Source: an uncultured Desulfobacterales bacterium
GTDB lineage: Bacteria > Desulfobacterota > DSM-4660 > Desulfatiglandales > HGW-15
Assembly (NCBI GenBank): GCA_964647905.1
Contig: CAZYJR010000020.1
Location: 577 to 64,576, forward strand
Length of the DNA stretch: 64,000 nt
Direction: 5' to 3'
Part shown: piece after piece, positions 19,080 to 28,407 of the stretch
How the letters are laid out: the number at the start of each line of letters is the position of its first letter
Position numbering within the stretch: position 1 is the stretch's first letter
The notes under the pieces: generated by a model
What the model saw: only the letters and a program-made list of their open reading frames with translations
The model's database searches: none
Told to the model about the DNA's origin: nothing
Program-made: the position numbers and the translations under genes

Positions 19080-20327
19080 ATGAAGGAAGTAGTGATAGCA
19101 TCCGCATGCCGGACGCCCATAGGGGCTTTCGGAGGTTCGCTGAGAGAGGTCAACGCTGCGGAGCTGGCGGCGGTGACAATGAAGGAGGCCCTGGCTCGGG
19201 CCGGCATCCGGCCCGAGCAGGTCGACGATGTCAGATACGGCTGTTGCCTGGAGCCTGCGGACGCCCTGAACGTGGCCCGTGTGGGCTGGCTCTTGGCCGG
19301 TTTCCCGGACAGTGTGACCGCGGTCACCATCAACCGGGTCTGCACCTCGGCCATGGAGGGGGTGATCTCCGGGATGGCCATGATACAGTCCGGGCTGGCA
19401 GAGGTGATCCTGGCCGGGGGTACGGAGCACATGTCCGGCGTGCCCTACTCTGTGCCGGGGGCCCGCTGGGGATGCCGGCTTCAGGACCAGAGCTTCGTGG
19501 ACACCATGATCCATGCCCTCCACTGCGGATCACACCTCCTCCCGCACCCCGAGGAAGGACCGGTAAAGGAGGGAAAGCCCTTGGAGCTCTTCAAGGGAAA
19601 GCCCTACATCATGGGGCACACAGCGGAGTTCGTGGCCCAGCTCCACGGGATCAGCAGGGAGGAGATGGACGAAGTGGCCCTGAGGAGCCATAACAATGCG
19701 GAACGGGCCACCCGGGACGGGGACTTCCAGGAGGAGATGGTTCCGGTGGAAGTCCCGCGGAGGAAGAAGGGGCCCCTGATATTCGACAAGGACGAGCACT
19801 TCAGGCCGGGGCTTACCATGGATGACCTGAGGAAGCTGCCCCCGGCGTTCGTACCCGGAATCGGGAAGGTCACCGCGGGCAACTCCTCAGGGATCAATGA
19901 CGGCTCCGCGGGCATGGTGGTCATGTCCGCGGAAAAGGCAGAGGAGCTGGGTGTCCGCCCCCTGGCAAGGATTCGTGGCGTCGGTCGCGGGGCCTGCCAC
20001 CCGTCCGTAATGGGGCTGAGCCCCGTGCCTGCGGTAAGAGACCTCCTGGAGAGATCCGGCCTTGGAATAGGGGATTTCGAGCTCGTGGAGATCAACGAGG
20101 CCTTCGCCGCCCAGTACATCGGATGCGAGCGGGAGCTTGGTCTGAAAAGAGAGAGAACCAATGTGAACGGATCGGGAATAGGGCTGGGGCACCCGGTGGG
20201 CTGCACAGGGGTGAGGATCATGGTGACCCTGATCCATGCCATGCGGGAGAAGGGAAAGGGCTTGGGCCTTGCCACCCTGTGCGGCGGGGGCGGGGTCTCC
20301 ATGGCCTGTGCCCTGGAAATGCTCTAG
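19080..20327 (+). CDS. Acetyl-CoA C-acetyltransferase (thiolase II family)
   Basis: ASACRTPIGAFGG N-terminus, active-site Cys region INRVCTSAMEG, GNSSGINDGSAGMVVMS, and C-terminal GLATLCGGGGVSMACALE. Confidence 0.95.
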   Translation: MKEVVIASACRTPIGAFGGSLREVNAAELAAVTMKEALARAGIRPEQVDDVRYGCCLEPADALNVARVGWLLAGFPDSVTAVTINRVCTSAMEGVISGMAMIQSGLAEVILAGGTEHMSGVPYSVPGARWGCRLQDQSFVDTMIHALHCGSHLLPHPEEGPVKEGKPLELFKGKPYIMGHTAEFVAQLHGISREEMDEVALRSHNNAERATRDGDFQEEMVPVEVPRRKKGPLIFDKDEHFRPGLTMDDLRKLPPAFVPGIGKVTAGNSSGINDGSAGMVVMSAEKAEELGVRPLARIRGVGRGACHPSVMGLSPVPAVRDLLERSGLGIGDFELVEINEAFAAQYIGCERELGLKRERTNVNGSGIGLGHPVGCTGVRIMVTLIHAMREKGKGLGLATLCGGGGVSMACALEML

Positions 20328-20332
20328 ACCCT

Positions 20333-20354
20333 GCCGGCCTCCCCGGGCTTTTTT
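20333..20354 (+). terminator. Weak intrinsic-terminator-like hairpin + T6 after the thiolase gene
   Basis: GCCGG..CCGGGC forms a short, imperfect stem (about 5 bp with a bulge). It is followed immediately by TTTTTT at 20349-20354, 6 nt after the stop codon. Confidence 0.3.
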
Positions 20355-20451
20355 CGGTTAAGGAGCTTTCCGGCCCGGGGATTCTGTTGTATACTGGTAA
20401 AATAACCAGGACCGGCTGGATACACTAACGACTATCAGGAGGGAGCAGGCC

Positions 20452-20670
20452 ATGATTAGAAGACTCGTTATATTGCTGGCGCTCGGGTTGTTCCTCGCAG
20501 GCTGTGGGACCGCTGCGGAGCGCTCCGAGTTCTGGAAGCACGAGACCATGTACAAGAACTGGGACCATATGAAATACAGCTGGTCAGGGTATGCCAACCC
20601 CACCGAGGAAACCCTCGAGAAGTCCCAGGAACAAGAGTGGTGGGGCATCCCGGTACCGGAAGATCAGTAA
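20452..20670 (+). CDS. Small putative lipoprotein
   Basis: 72 aa with signal + lipobox MIRRLVILLALGLFLAGCG. An AGGAGGGAG RBS lies upstream. Confidence 0.5.
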   Translation: MIRRLVILLALGLFLAGCGTAAERSEFWKHETMYKNWDHMKYSWSGYANPTEETLEKSQEQEWWGIPVPEDQ

Positions 20671-20761
20671 CCGGCTAATTCATTCCCCGGGAGGGGGTCG
20701 GCGCCCGTGTCGGCCCCTTCCCGCAGGGTGAGAGCCCCCTCCGGAGTCGAGGGGTTGACTC

Positions 20762-21598
20762 TCAATCCTCCAATACGGCCGCTATATCCAGGTAGATGCG
20801 CCTTATCCCGGCCTCGAACGTCTCCCTGTCAAGGCCGGCCCGCAGCTCCCCCCTGTCCCACCACCCTATCTGGTTCAGGTGATCCGCATCAATGGTGCGG
20901 AGGTGGTAGCGCTCCTGCCAGAGTGCGGATGAAAGCGGGACCAGGCCGTCGTTCTCCCCCTCGCTCCTGCTTATGATGCGGTAGGAGAATTTCAAGGGCA
21001 GAAAGACCCGCTCCAGCGGCTGGACCCCGGCGACCGTGCGGTAGACTACTCCGTTTTGTTCCTCATAGGCCGATGCCGCCCGGTTGAAGCGCACGCAACT
21101 CTCGGTGGTGAGATCAAGGATGCCGCTGAGGTCCGGCCCCAGCTTCCCGGCCCGTGGAACCAACCAGCCGAGGCGTCCTACGCCCCAATCCGCATAGGGC
21201 GTCCCCAGGTGGGGCGTGCCTATGGTGGTAAGGGAGGCCACCCGCTCTTCCATACGGAATCTGAAGAGCATCATGCGCGCGTCCATGCCCCCCATGCTGT
21301 GGGCTATGATATGGACGCGGGGCCACCGGGTGAACCCCTCGGTCAAGCGCAGGAGCTCCCTGCGGAGGTCCCGGGCGCGGGCCTCCATACTCGAGGCCCA
21401 TCCCACCCTGGAATGAAATGCGGCGTATCCGTTCCGGATGAGAGTGCTCCTTATCAGCCGGAAGTAGTGGAAACGGTCGTCGCCGGTGTTGTCCCTGCCG
21501 CGCAGGGGATGGAGCACCCGATTGAAAGGGCATATCCCGTGGGCCAAAATGATGGGGAGCCTGGCGGGCAATCTGGGCTTTCCTCCTTCGATCCGCAC
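20762..21598 (-). CDS. Alpha/beta-hydrolase, lipase/esterase family
   Basis: Oxyanion-region PIILAHGI and nucleophile elbow IIAHSMGG, 278 aa. Confidence 0.75.
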   Translation of the reverse strand: MRIEGGKPRLPARLPIILAHGICPFNRVLHPLRGRDNTGDDRFHYFRLIRSTLIRNGYAAFHSRVGWASSMEARARDLRRELLRLTEGFTRWPRVHIIAHSMGGMDARMMLFRFRMEERVASLTTIGTPHLGTPYADWGVGRLGWLVPRAGKLGPDLSGILDLTTESCVRFNRAASAYEEQNGVVYRTVAGVQPLERVFLPLKFSYRIISRSEGENDGLVPLSSALWQERYHLRTIDADHLNQIGWWDRGELRAGLDRETFEAGIRRIYLDIAAVLED

Positions 21599-21704
21599 TC
21601 AACGCCCTTATACCCCGGACGACTGGGGATTGTCAAAGCCGCGCCCACCGCCGGCCGTCCTCTTTCCAGCCCTGATGATCATCTCCTGCTGTGGAAAAAA
21701 TCGG

Positions 21705-21734
21705 TTGACAAAAATCTCTTTGCTGGATTAGGGT
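21705..21734 (+). promoter_or_regulatory. Possible sigma70-type promoter upstream of hdrA
   Basis: A perfect -35 hexamer TTGACA (21705-21710) is followed after 18 nt by TAGGGT (21729-21734), a weak -10. It lies about 60 nt upstream of the hdrA ATG. Pattern match only. Confidence 0.25.
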
Positions 21735-21794
21735 TACAGGTCTTGGGAAAAAAATCACGACCGTTTAACCCTACAGAATAAGGAGAGAAATTCC

Positions 21795-24700
21795 ATGCCG
21801 AAGGACATCAGGGGTTCCGTCATGGTCGTTGGTGGCGGCATCGCCGGGATGCAGGCGGCCCTGGATCTGGCCGATTCCGGCTATTACGTCTACCTGCTGG
21901 AGAAGTCCCCCTCCATCGGGGGGGCAATGGCCCAGTTGGACAAGACGTTTCCCACCAATGACTGTGCCATGTGAATTATCTCGCCCAAACTGGTCGAGGT
22001 CGGCCGGCACATGAATATCGAGCTGATCACCCTGGCCGAGCTCCAGGGCCTCAGCGGCAAAAAGGGAAACTTCGAGGTCAGCATACTCCAACACCCCCGG
22101 TTCGTGGATATGGAGAAGTGTATCGGATGCGGGACCTGCGCCGAGAAGTGCCCCAGAAAGGTGACCGACGAATACAACCAGGGCCTGGCCAAGAGAAAGG
22201 CCATCTATGTGCCCTATGCCCAGGCGGTCCCACTGAAGTACGCAATAGACAAGGATAACTGCATTTACTTCAAAAAGGGAAAGTGCAAGGCCTGCGAGAA
22301 GTTCTGCCCCACTCAGGCGATCAAGTTCGACGATCAGGAGAAGACCTTCACCCTGAACGTGGGCTCGGTAATACTCGCGCCCGGGTTCCAGGCCTTTGAT
22401 CCTGGCGCCTTTGACACGTACGGCTACGCCGGCCACCCGAACGTGGTGACCTCCATGGAGTTCGAGAGGATCCTCTCGGCCTCAGGTCCCACCACGGGGC
22501 ACCTGGTGCGGCCTTCGGACGAGAAAGAGCCCCGGAAGATAGCATTTCTACAATGCGTGGGCTCCAGGGACATCAATCGCTGTGATCACGGCTACTGCTC
22601 CGCGGTTTGTTGTATGTATGCGGTAAAGGAGGCCGTGATCGCCAAGGAGCACAGCGGGGACGGCCTGGACTGCGCCATTTTCTTCATGGACATGAGGACC
22701 CACGGTAAGGATTTCGAGCGGTACTATCGCAACGCCGAGGACAATCAGGGAGTCCGGTTCGTCCGCTCCAGGATCCACACCGTGCAGCCCGTGCAGGGAA
22801 GCGACGATCTGCTCATAAGATACACGGACGAAGAGGGCGGACTGGAGGAAGAGATCTTCGATTTGGCGGTCCTCTCCGTGGGCCTGGAGACGCCCCCGGA
22901 GCTCCGGGAGCTGGCGGGAAAGCTGGATCTGGAGCTCACTGAAGGCCTGTTCTGCAGCACCGGGAGCTTCACCCCGGTGGAGACCAGCCGTGAAGGGGTG
23001 TATGTCTGCGGCGTCTTTCAGGGACCAAAGGATATCCCCCAGTCGGTGATCGAGGCGAGCTCCGCGGCCGCCGTGGCGGGAGCGCCACTGAGCCCGGCCC
23101 GGGACACGGAGACCAGGACCCGGGAGGTGCCGGAGGAGCGGAACGTAATCGGTGATCCGCCGCGGATCGGGGTCTTTGTGTGCCGGTGCGGTGTGAATAT
23201 AGCCGGTGTGGTGGACGTTGACTCGGTGGTGGAGTACGCAAGGGGACTTCCTTATGTGGAGTACGTTGCGGACAACCTCTATTCATGCTCCCAGGACACC
23301 CAGGACAACATGGCCAAGGTGATCCGGGAAAACGACTTGAACCGCATCGTGGTGGCCGCGTGCACCCCCAAGACCCATGAGCCCTTGTTCCAAGAGACCC
23401 TGGTGGATGCCGGCCTGAACAAGTACCTCTTCGAGATGACCAATATCCGCAATCAGGACTCCTGGGTCCACAAGGACGACCCTGAAGCGGCAACAGAGAA
23501 GGCCAAGGATCTGGTCCGTATGGCGGTCTCCAAGGTCGCCCTGATGGAGCCCCTGAAGGAGGCCGAGCTGGACGTCAACCAGCGGGCCCTGGTCCTGGGA
23601 GGCGGGATCTCGGGGCTGGTTGCGGCCAAGACCCTCAGCTCGCACGGCTATGACGTAACCCTGGTGGAGCGGGGAGGGACCCTGGGAGGACAGGCCCTGA
23701 ACCTGTACAGGACCTGGAAGGGGGAGGACATACAAGAGAGACTGGGCGCCCTGGTGGAGGCCGTTGAAAAGGACGGCCGTATCGATGTGCGGTTGAACAC
23801 AGAGTTGGTCCAGGTGGACGGCTTTGTGGGGAACTTCGAGTCGGTTCTCTCCACCGGAGGCGATGAGAGCACAGTGGAGCACGGTGTGGCTATCCTGGCC
23901 ACGGGCGCACAAGAATTGAAGCCCGCGGAGTACCTATACGGGGAAGATCCCAGGGTGCTCACCCACCAGGACCTCGACCGCAGGTTCATACAGGAGGATC
24001 CGGCCCTGAGCGACGTCCGGAGCGCCGTTTTCATCCAGTGCGTGGGGTCCAGGGAGCCCGATCGCCCTTATTGCTCCAGGGTTTGCTGCACCCACTCGGT
24101 GGAAAGCGCCCTTCACCTCAAGGAGGTCAATCCCGAGATGCGGGTCTATATCCTCTACAGGGATATGCGGACCTACGGAGAAAAAGAGGTCGTCTACAAG
24201 AGGGCCAGGGAGGCCGGGGTGATCTTCGTGCGCTATGAACCGGAGCGCAAGCCCGTTGTCAAGGCGGGCAAGGAGAGTCTGGACATTGAGGTCTACGACC
24301 CGATCCTGGGCAGGCCCGTCCTGATACATGCGGATCTGCTGGCCCTGGCCGGGGCCATCGTTCCGTACAAGGACGAAGGGCTGGCCCGGTTCTTCAAAGT
24401 GGCCATGAACGAGGACGGCTTCTTCGTGGAGGCCCACGCCAAGCTGGCGCCTTCCGAGTTCGCAACGGACGGGGTCTTCCTGTGCGGCATGGCCCATTAC
24501 CCCAAGCCCATCGACGAGTCCATAGCCCAGGCCCAGGCGGCCTCCTCCCGGGCCATCACCCTGCTGGCCAGGAAGGCCATAGCCACGAGCGGGACCGTGG
24601 CCTATGCAAATCCGGCCATGTGCAGCAGTTGCGGTGTGTGCGTGTCCATATGCCCGTACGGTGCGCCCTCGCTGCTTAAGGAGGGGCCTTTTGCCGGACG

Positions 24701-24824
24701 CGCCGAGGTCAACCCCGTACTCTGCAAGGGCTGCGGCCTGTGCGTGGCTTCCTGCCGTTCCGGGGCCATAAATCTCAAGGGCTTTGAGACCGGGCAGATA
24801 ATGGCCATGATCGATCATATGTAA
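21795..24824 (+). CDS. hdrA: HdrA-like heterodisulfide reductase subunit A family flavoprotein, long form (~1009 aa), with in-frame TGA (predicted selenocysteine) at 21972-21974
   Basis: The ATG at 21795 is preceded by an AGGAGAG RBS. The N-terminus [35 protein letters not shown] ... [23 protein letters not shown] is in the same frame as track ORF 22011..24824. The TGA replaces the Cys of the HdrA motif TNDC.MC. There are multiple 4Fe-4S Cys clusters ([35 protein letters not shown]). A second dinucleotide-binding segment [15 protein letters not shown] lies near residue 600. Confidence 0.85.
21990..22007 (+). promoter_or_regulatory. Candidate bacterial SECIS stem-loop for the hdrA UGA
   Basis: CUGGUC (21990-21995) pairs with GGCCGG (22002-22007): 4 G-C/C-G pairs plus 2 G-U pairs. 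The apical loop is GAGGUC and contains GGUC. The hairpin starts 15 nt after the UGA. Folded by eye only. Confidence 0.4.
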
Positions 24825-24908
24825 GCGGACCGGAGCGCCCGGCAAGAGCGCTCCCGGATATGGTTACAACCACCAGGCGCTTGACGCGCCGAGGATGATT
24901 CATCGAGC

Positions 24909-24930
24909 GGTTTCGCTCCCGAGCGAAACC
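24909..24930 (+). promoter_or_regulatory. Intercistronic stem-loop between hdrA and mvhD
   Basis: GGTTTCGCT (24909-24917) / AGCGAAACC (24922-24930) forms a 9-bp perfect stem with the 4-nt loop CCCG (24918-24921). It lies just upstream of the mvhD RBS (AAGGAGAAAGG). A second imperfect hairpin lies at 24830-24857. Confidence 0.5.
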
Positions 24931-24946
24931 CGGCAAGGAGAAAGGC

Positions 24947-25378
24947 ATGACTGAGTGGGAACCGAAGATCACGGCGTTCTTGTGCAACTGGTGCACGTAC
25001 GGGGCGGCGGACCTGGCAGGGGTCAGCCGCATGCAGTACCCGCCCAACATCAGGGTGATCCGCGTGCCTTGCTCGGGGCGGGTGTCGCCCAAGTTCATTT
25101 TGGCCGCCTTCAGGCACGGCGCGGACGGCGTGTGGGTCTCGGGGTGACACCCCGGCGACTGCCATTACCTGGAAGGTAATTACTACGCCAGACGCAAGTT
25201 CGTGCTTTTCAAGAATCTACTGGAGCATATTGGGATCGAGCCTGGAAGGCTCCACTTCTCCTGGATTTCCTCGGCCGAGGCCACCAAGTTCGTGGATGTG
25301 GCCAGGGAGGTGATCCAGGCCGTGAAAGAGGCCGGGCCCGCCGGGCGTCTCATCAAAGGCAAAGCCGAGGTGGCATGA
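24947..25378 (+). CDS. mvhD: MvhD/FlxD-like (methyl-viologen-reducing hydrogenase delta subunit family) protein with in-frame TGA (predicted selenocysteine) at 25145-25147
   Basis: Track ORF 24947..25147 ends ...[11 protein letters not shown]. The same frame continues [18 protein letters not shown]...KGKAEVA to the TGA at 25376-25378, whose ATGA overlaps the next gene's start. The joined sequence reproduces the MvhD motif (V.GC.PG.CHY) with U in place of Cys. Confidence 0.85.
25164..25180 (+). promoter_or_regulatory. Candidate bacterial SECIS stem-loop for the mvhD UGA
   Basis: AUUACC (25164-25169) / GGUAAU (25175-25180) forms a perfect 6-bp stem with the loop UGGAA. It starts 16 nt after the UGA, nearly the same spacing as in hdrA. 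Folded by eye only. Confidence 0.4.
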
Positions 25379-26331
25379 TGATCGAGTACACTGAGAAGAT
25401 AAGGGTGCGGGCCAAGGACTTGCTGGAAAAGGGAACGGTGGACGTCTTCATAGGATACAAGAAGGGCACCGTTCCCATGATGAACGAGCCTGTCCTGGTG
25501 ACCGACCCGGACAAGGTGGACATTCTCCACTGGGACAGCAACTGCGGCCTGAACCTGTGCAACTATCTCACCGGCCGGAAGGACAAGGTGGGAATACTTG
25601 CCACCGGCTGCAACTCCCGCAACATCGTGACCCACGTAATAGAGAACCAGGTGCAGCGGGAGCAGCTCTACATACTGGGAGTGCCTTGCACCGGCGTCAT
25701 AAACCACCGGGCGGTCAAGCGCGCAGTGAAGTACAGGGAGATCAGGGAGGTGGTGGAGGAGCCGGGCGGGCGTTTCACGGTCAAGGGACCCGGCTACGAG
25801 GAGACTTTTGACAAGGCGAAGTTCCTGCAGCTCAATTGTTCGGTCTGCACACACCGCAATCCGGTGGAATATGACGAGCTGGTGGCCGAAGAAGTCCCCG
25901 AGCAGGAGGGAGTGAGCCCATTCAAGGACGTGGACAAGATCGAGGCCATGGACCCGGACAAGAAATGGGGTTTCTTCACCCGAATGATCTCGCCCTGCAT
26001 AAGGTGCTACGCCTGCCGGAACGCCTGTCCCCTCTGCTATTGCCCGACTTGCTTCGTGGACGAATCCAGGCCCCAGTGGGTGGGCAAGAGCGTGGACCCC
26101 ACGGACACCATGACTTTTCACTTCCTGCGGGCTTATCACTGCGCGGGCAGGTGCACGGACTGCGGGGCCTGCGAGCGGGTGTGTCCGGTGGGCATACCGG
26201 TGCGCCAGTTCACCAAGAAGCTGAACAAGGACGCCCTGGAGCTGTTCGGTTGGGAGGCGGGCCTGAGCCTGGAACAGAGGCCTCCCCTGGATGTGTACCG
26301 CGTGGGCGACTACAACGAATTCGTGCGGTGA
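25375..26331 (+). CDS. Iron-sulfur oxidoreductase subunit (4Fe-4S dicluster protein; FlxC / sulfhydrogenase-beta-like)
   Basis: 318 aa with Cys clusters CIRCYACRNACPLCYCPTCF and CTDCGACERVCPVGI. Translationally coupled to mvhD. Confidence 0.75.
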   Translation: MMIEYTEKIRVRAKDLLEKGTVDVFIGYKKGTVPMMNEPVLVTDPDKVDILHWDSNCGLNLCNYLTGRKDKVGILATGCNSRNIVTHVIENQVQREQLYILGVPCTGVINHRAVKRAVKYREIREVVEEPGGRFTVKGPGYEETFDKAKFLQLNCSVCTHRNPVEYDELVAEEVPEQEGVSPFKDVDKIEAMDPDKKWGFFTRMISPCIRCYACRNACPLCYCPTCFVDESRPQWVGKSVDPTDTMTFHFLRAYHCAGRCTDCGACERVCPVGIPVRQFTKKLNKDALELFGWEAGLSLEQRPPLDVYRVGDYNEFVR

Positions 26332-26382
26332 CCCACGCCGGGGCATCAAGCCCGGTGGCTGAGAGGACACCTGATTTGAAGG

Positions 26383-27432
26383 ATGAATGCAATGAGCACG
26401 AAACTGTTTGCCAAGGATGAGTGGGTCGGGGCCCTCCAGGGCCTGACCGGCTCCTACCGGGTTTTCGCCCCGGTCAAGGAAGGGGATTTTCATAACTTCA
26501 GGGTGCTGGAAAACGGCACTCGGCCGAGCTTTGACTTCCAGAACACCCGACTCTCGCCGAAGCGCTTCTCCCTCCCCCAGTCCGAGAGGATGTTCGAATA
26601 CTCCCTGGGAGGTGAACAGGATGCACACATCCTGAAGGAGGCGGACAAGGAATTACCTCCCCAAGCGGTGGTGGGGGTTCGGCCTTGCGATGCATATGCG
26701 TTCCAGTTGGTCAGGAGGAACTTCGACAACCCGGAGCACCGCGATCCATGGTGGGTGAGGCGATACGAGTCCACTACGTTCGTGGGCCTGGGGTGCAACG
26801 AACCTTGCACCACCTGCTTTTGCGCCTCGGCCGGAACCGGGCCTTTCGGACGCAAGGGCCTCGACGTCCTCCTCTTCGACCTGGGAGATGCTTACCTGGC
26901 CAAGGGGCTTACCGACAAGGGCGAGGAGCTCCTTGGCAAGCTGGACGGGGGGAAGGAGGCGGACCAGGCCTCGGTCAAGAAGGCGGAGTCACTGACCCGC
27001 CAAGCCGCTTCCAAGTTCGACTCCAGGGTCCCTACGGACAAGCTGGGGGAAAAGGTGGTGACCGAGCTCTTTGATGCGCCTTTTTGGGAAGAGGTGGCCT
27101 TTGCCTGCATCAACTGCGGCACTTGCACCTATCTCTGCCCCACATGCTGGTGCTTCGACATCCAGGACGAGGTCCGACCCCTGAGACAGGAAGGGGACCG
27201 AATCAGGAACTGGGATTCGTGCATGTTTCCCCTGTTCACGCTTCACGGCTCAGGGCATAATCCCAGGGCGGACAAGACGGCTCGGGTAAGGCAGCGGTTC
27301 ATGCACAAGCTCAAGTATTACGTGGACAAGTACCGCGACGGGATCCAGTGCGTCGGCTGCGGGAGATGCATCCAGTTCTGCCCGGTAAACATTGACATCC
27401 GCGAGGTGGCCCGGCGGATAAACGACTTCTGA
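26383..27432 (+). CDS. Iron-sulfur oxidoreductase subunit (4Fe-4S dicluster protein; FlxB / AsrA / sulfhydrogenase-beta-like)
   Basis: 349 aa with CTTCFCASAG, CINCGTCTYLCPTCWCFD and CVGCGRCIQFCPVNI. The start may be the Met at 26392. Confidence 0.75.
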   Translation: MNAMSTKLFAKDEWVGALQGLTGSYRVFAPVKEGDFHNFRVLENGTRPSFDFQNTRLSPKRFSLPQSERMFEYSLGGEQDAHILKEADKELPPQAVVGVRPCDAYAFQLVRRNFDNPEHRDPWWVRRYESTTFVGLGCNEPCTTCFCASAGTGPFGRKGLDVLLFDLGDAYLAKGLTDKGEELLGKLDGGKEADQASVKKAESLTRQAASKFDSRVPTDKLGEKVVTELFDAPFWEEVAFACINCGTCTYLCPTCWCFDIQDEVRPLRQEGDRIRNWDSCMFPLFTLHGSGHNPRADKTARVRQRFMHKLKYYVDKYRDGIQCVGCGRCIQFCPVNIDIREVARRINDF

Positions 27433-27521
27433 GAATGCCTTGTGCGGTCCGGTGCGCACCCAAACGGTCTCCCGGGCGGGGCGCACCAGGGACGAACATA
27501 ATTGATACAGGGGGTGTTCCA

Positions 27522-28364
27522 TTGGAAAATCCGTATCTTCCATATCCGGTTTGGATAGACCGCATCGTAACCGAGACCGAGGACAAGAACCTCAAGACTT
27601 TTGATCTGGTCTTCCTGGAGTCCGGAGACGAGGCCAAGTTCGCTTATACGCCCGGCCAGTTCGCCGAGCTCTCCATCGCAGGGCAGGGGGAGATCCCCAT
27701 AGGTATAGCCTCCTCGCCTACTGAGAAGGGCTTCATCAGGTTCACCGTGAACAAGGTGGGCAAGGTGACCTCCCATCTCCACAGCATGAAGGAAGGGGAC
27801 ATCATGGGAGTGCGCGGTCCCCTGGGAAACTGGTATCCTTGGGAGGAGATGGAAGGCAGGAACGTGGTGATCATAGGCGGCGGGTTCGCCTTCACCACCC
27901 TCCGGTCCAGCATTGTGTACATGCTGAACCCTGACAATCGGGAGAGATTCAAGGATATTACCGTGGTCTACGGGGCCCGGTCGCCCGGGATGCTCCTCTA
28001 CAAGGAGGAGCTCATGGATTGGGAGAAGCGCGACGACCTGGAGATGCACATCACGGTTGACGCCACGGACGACCCGGATTGGAAGTACAATGTGGGATTC
28101 GTACCTCAGATCACCGAGGAGAAGATCACCAGCTCGGATGACGCCATGGCCATCGTGTGCGGACCTCCGATAATGATCCGCTTCACGCAGCCGGTTCTGG
28201 AAAAGCTGGGCTTTCCGCCGGAACGCATCATACTCTCACTGGAAAACCGCATGAAATGCGGTATAGGCATGTGCGGCAGGTGCAACATAGGCGATCAGTA
28301 CGTATGCAAGGACGGGCCGGTCTTTTCCCTGGCCAAGCTGAAGGAGCTTCCCCCGGACTACTGA
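27522..28364 (+). CDS. FAD/NAD(P)-binding oxidoreductase with a C-terminal 2Fe-2S site (FlxA / HydG / PyrK-like)
   Basis: Ferredoxin-reductase-type fold: FAYTPGQFAELSI, VVIIGGGFAFTTLRS, and C-terminal CGIGMCGRCNIG..YVCKDGPVF. The proposed start is TTG at 27522 (ENPYLPYP...), after a purine-rich ACAGGGGG. The track ORF begins at 27435 and overlaps upstream sequence. Confidence 0.8.
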   Translation: MENPYLPYPVWIDRIVTETEDKNLKTFDLVFLESGDEAKFAYTPGQFAELSIAGQGEIPIGIASSPTEKGFIRFTVNKVGKVTSHLHSMKEGDIMGVRGPLGNWYPWEEMEGRNVVIIGGGFAFTTLRSSIVYMLNPDNRERFKDITVVYGARSPGMLLYKEELMDWEKRDDLEMHITVDATDDPDWKYNVGFVPQITEEKITSSDDAMAIVCGPPIMIRFTQPVLEKLGFPPERIILSLENRMKCGIGMCGRCNIGDQYVCKDGPVFSLAKLKELPPDY

Positions 28365-28407
28365 TCAGGATGTCCGTTTCAGTCCCACCTCTCTCCGACG
28401 AGGCGAG

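Noticed and set aside
25183-26628. A 481 aa ORF on the minus strand
   Set aside because: It lies entirely antisense to the mvhD 3' end and the two Fe-S subunit genes, which have clear Cys-cluster motifs. Its product is low-complexity (Arg/Pro/Gly/His-rich). This is a typical shadow ORF of high-GC DNA.
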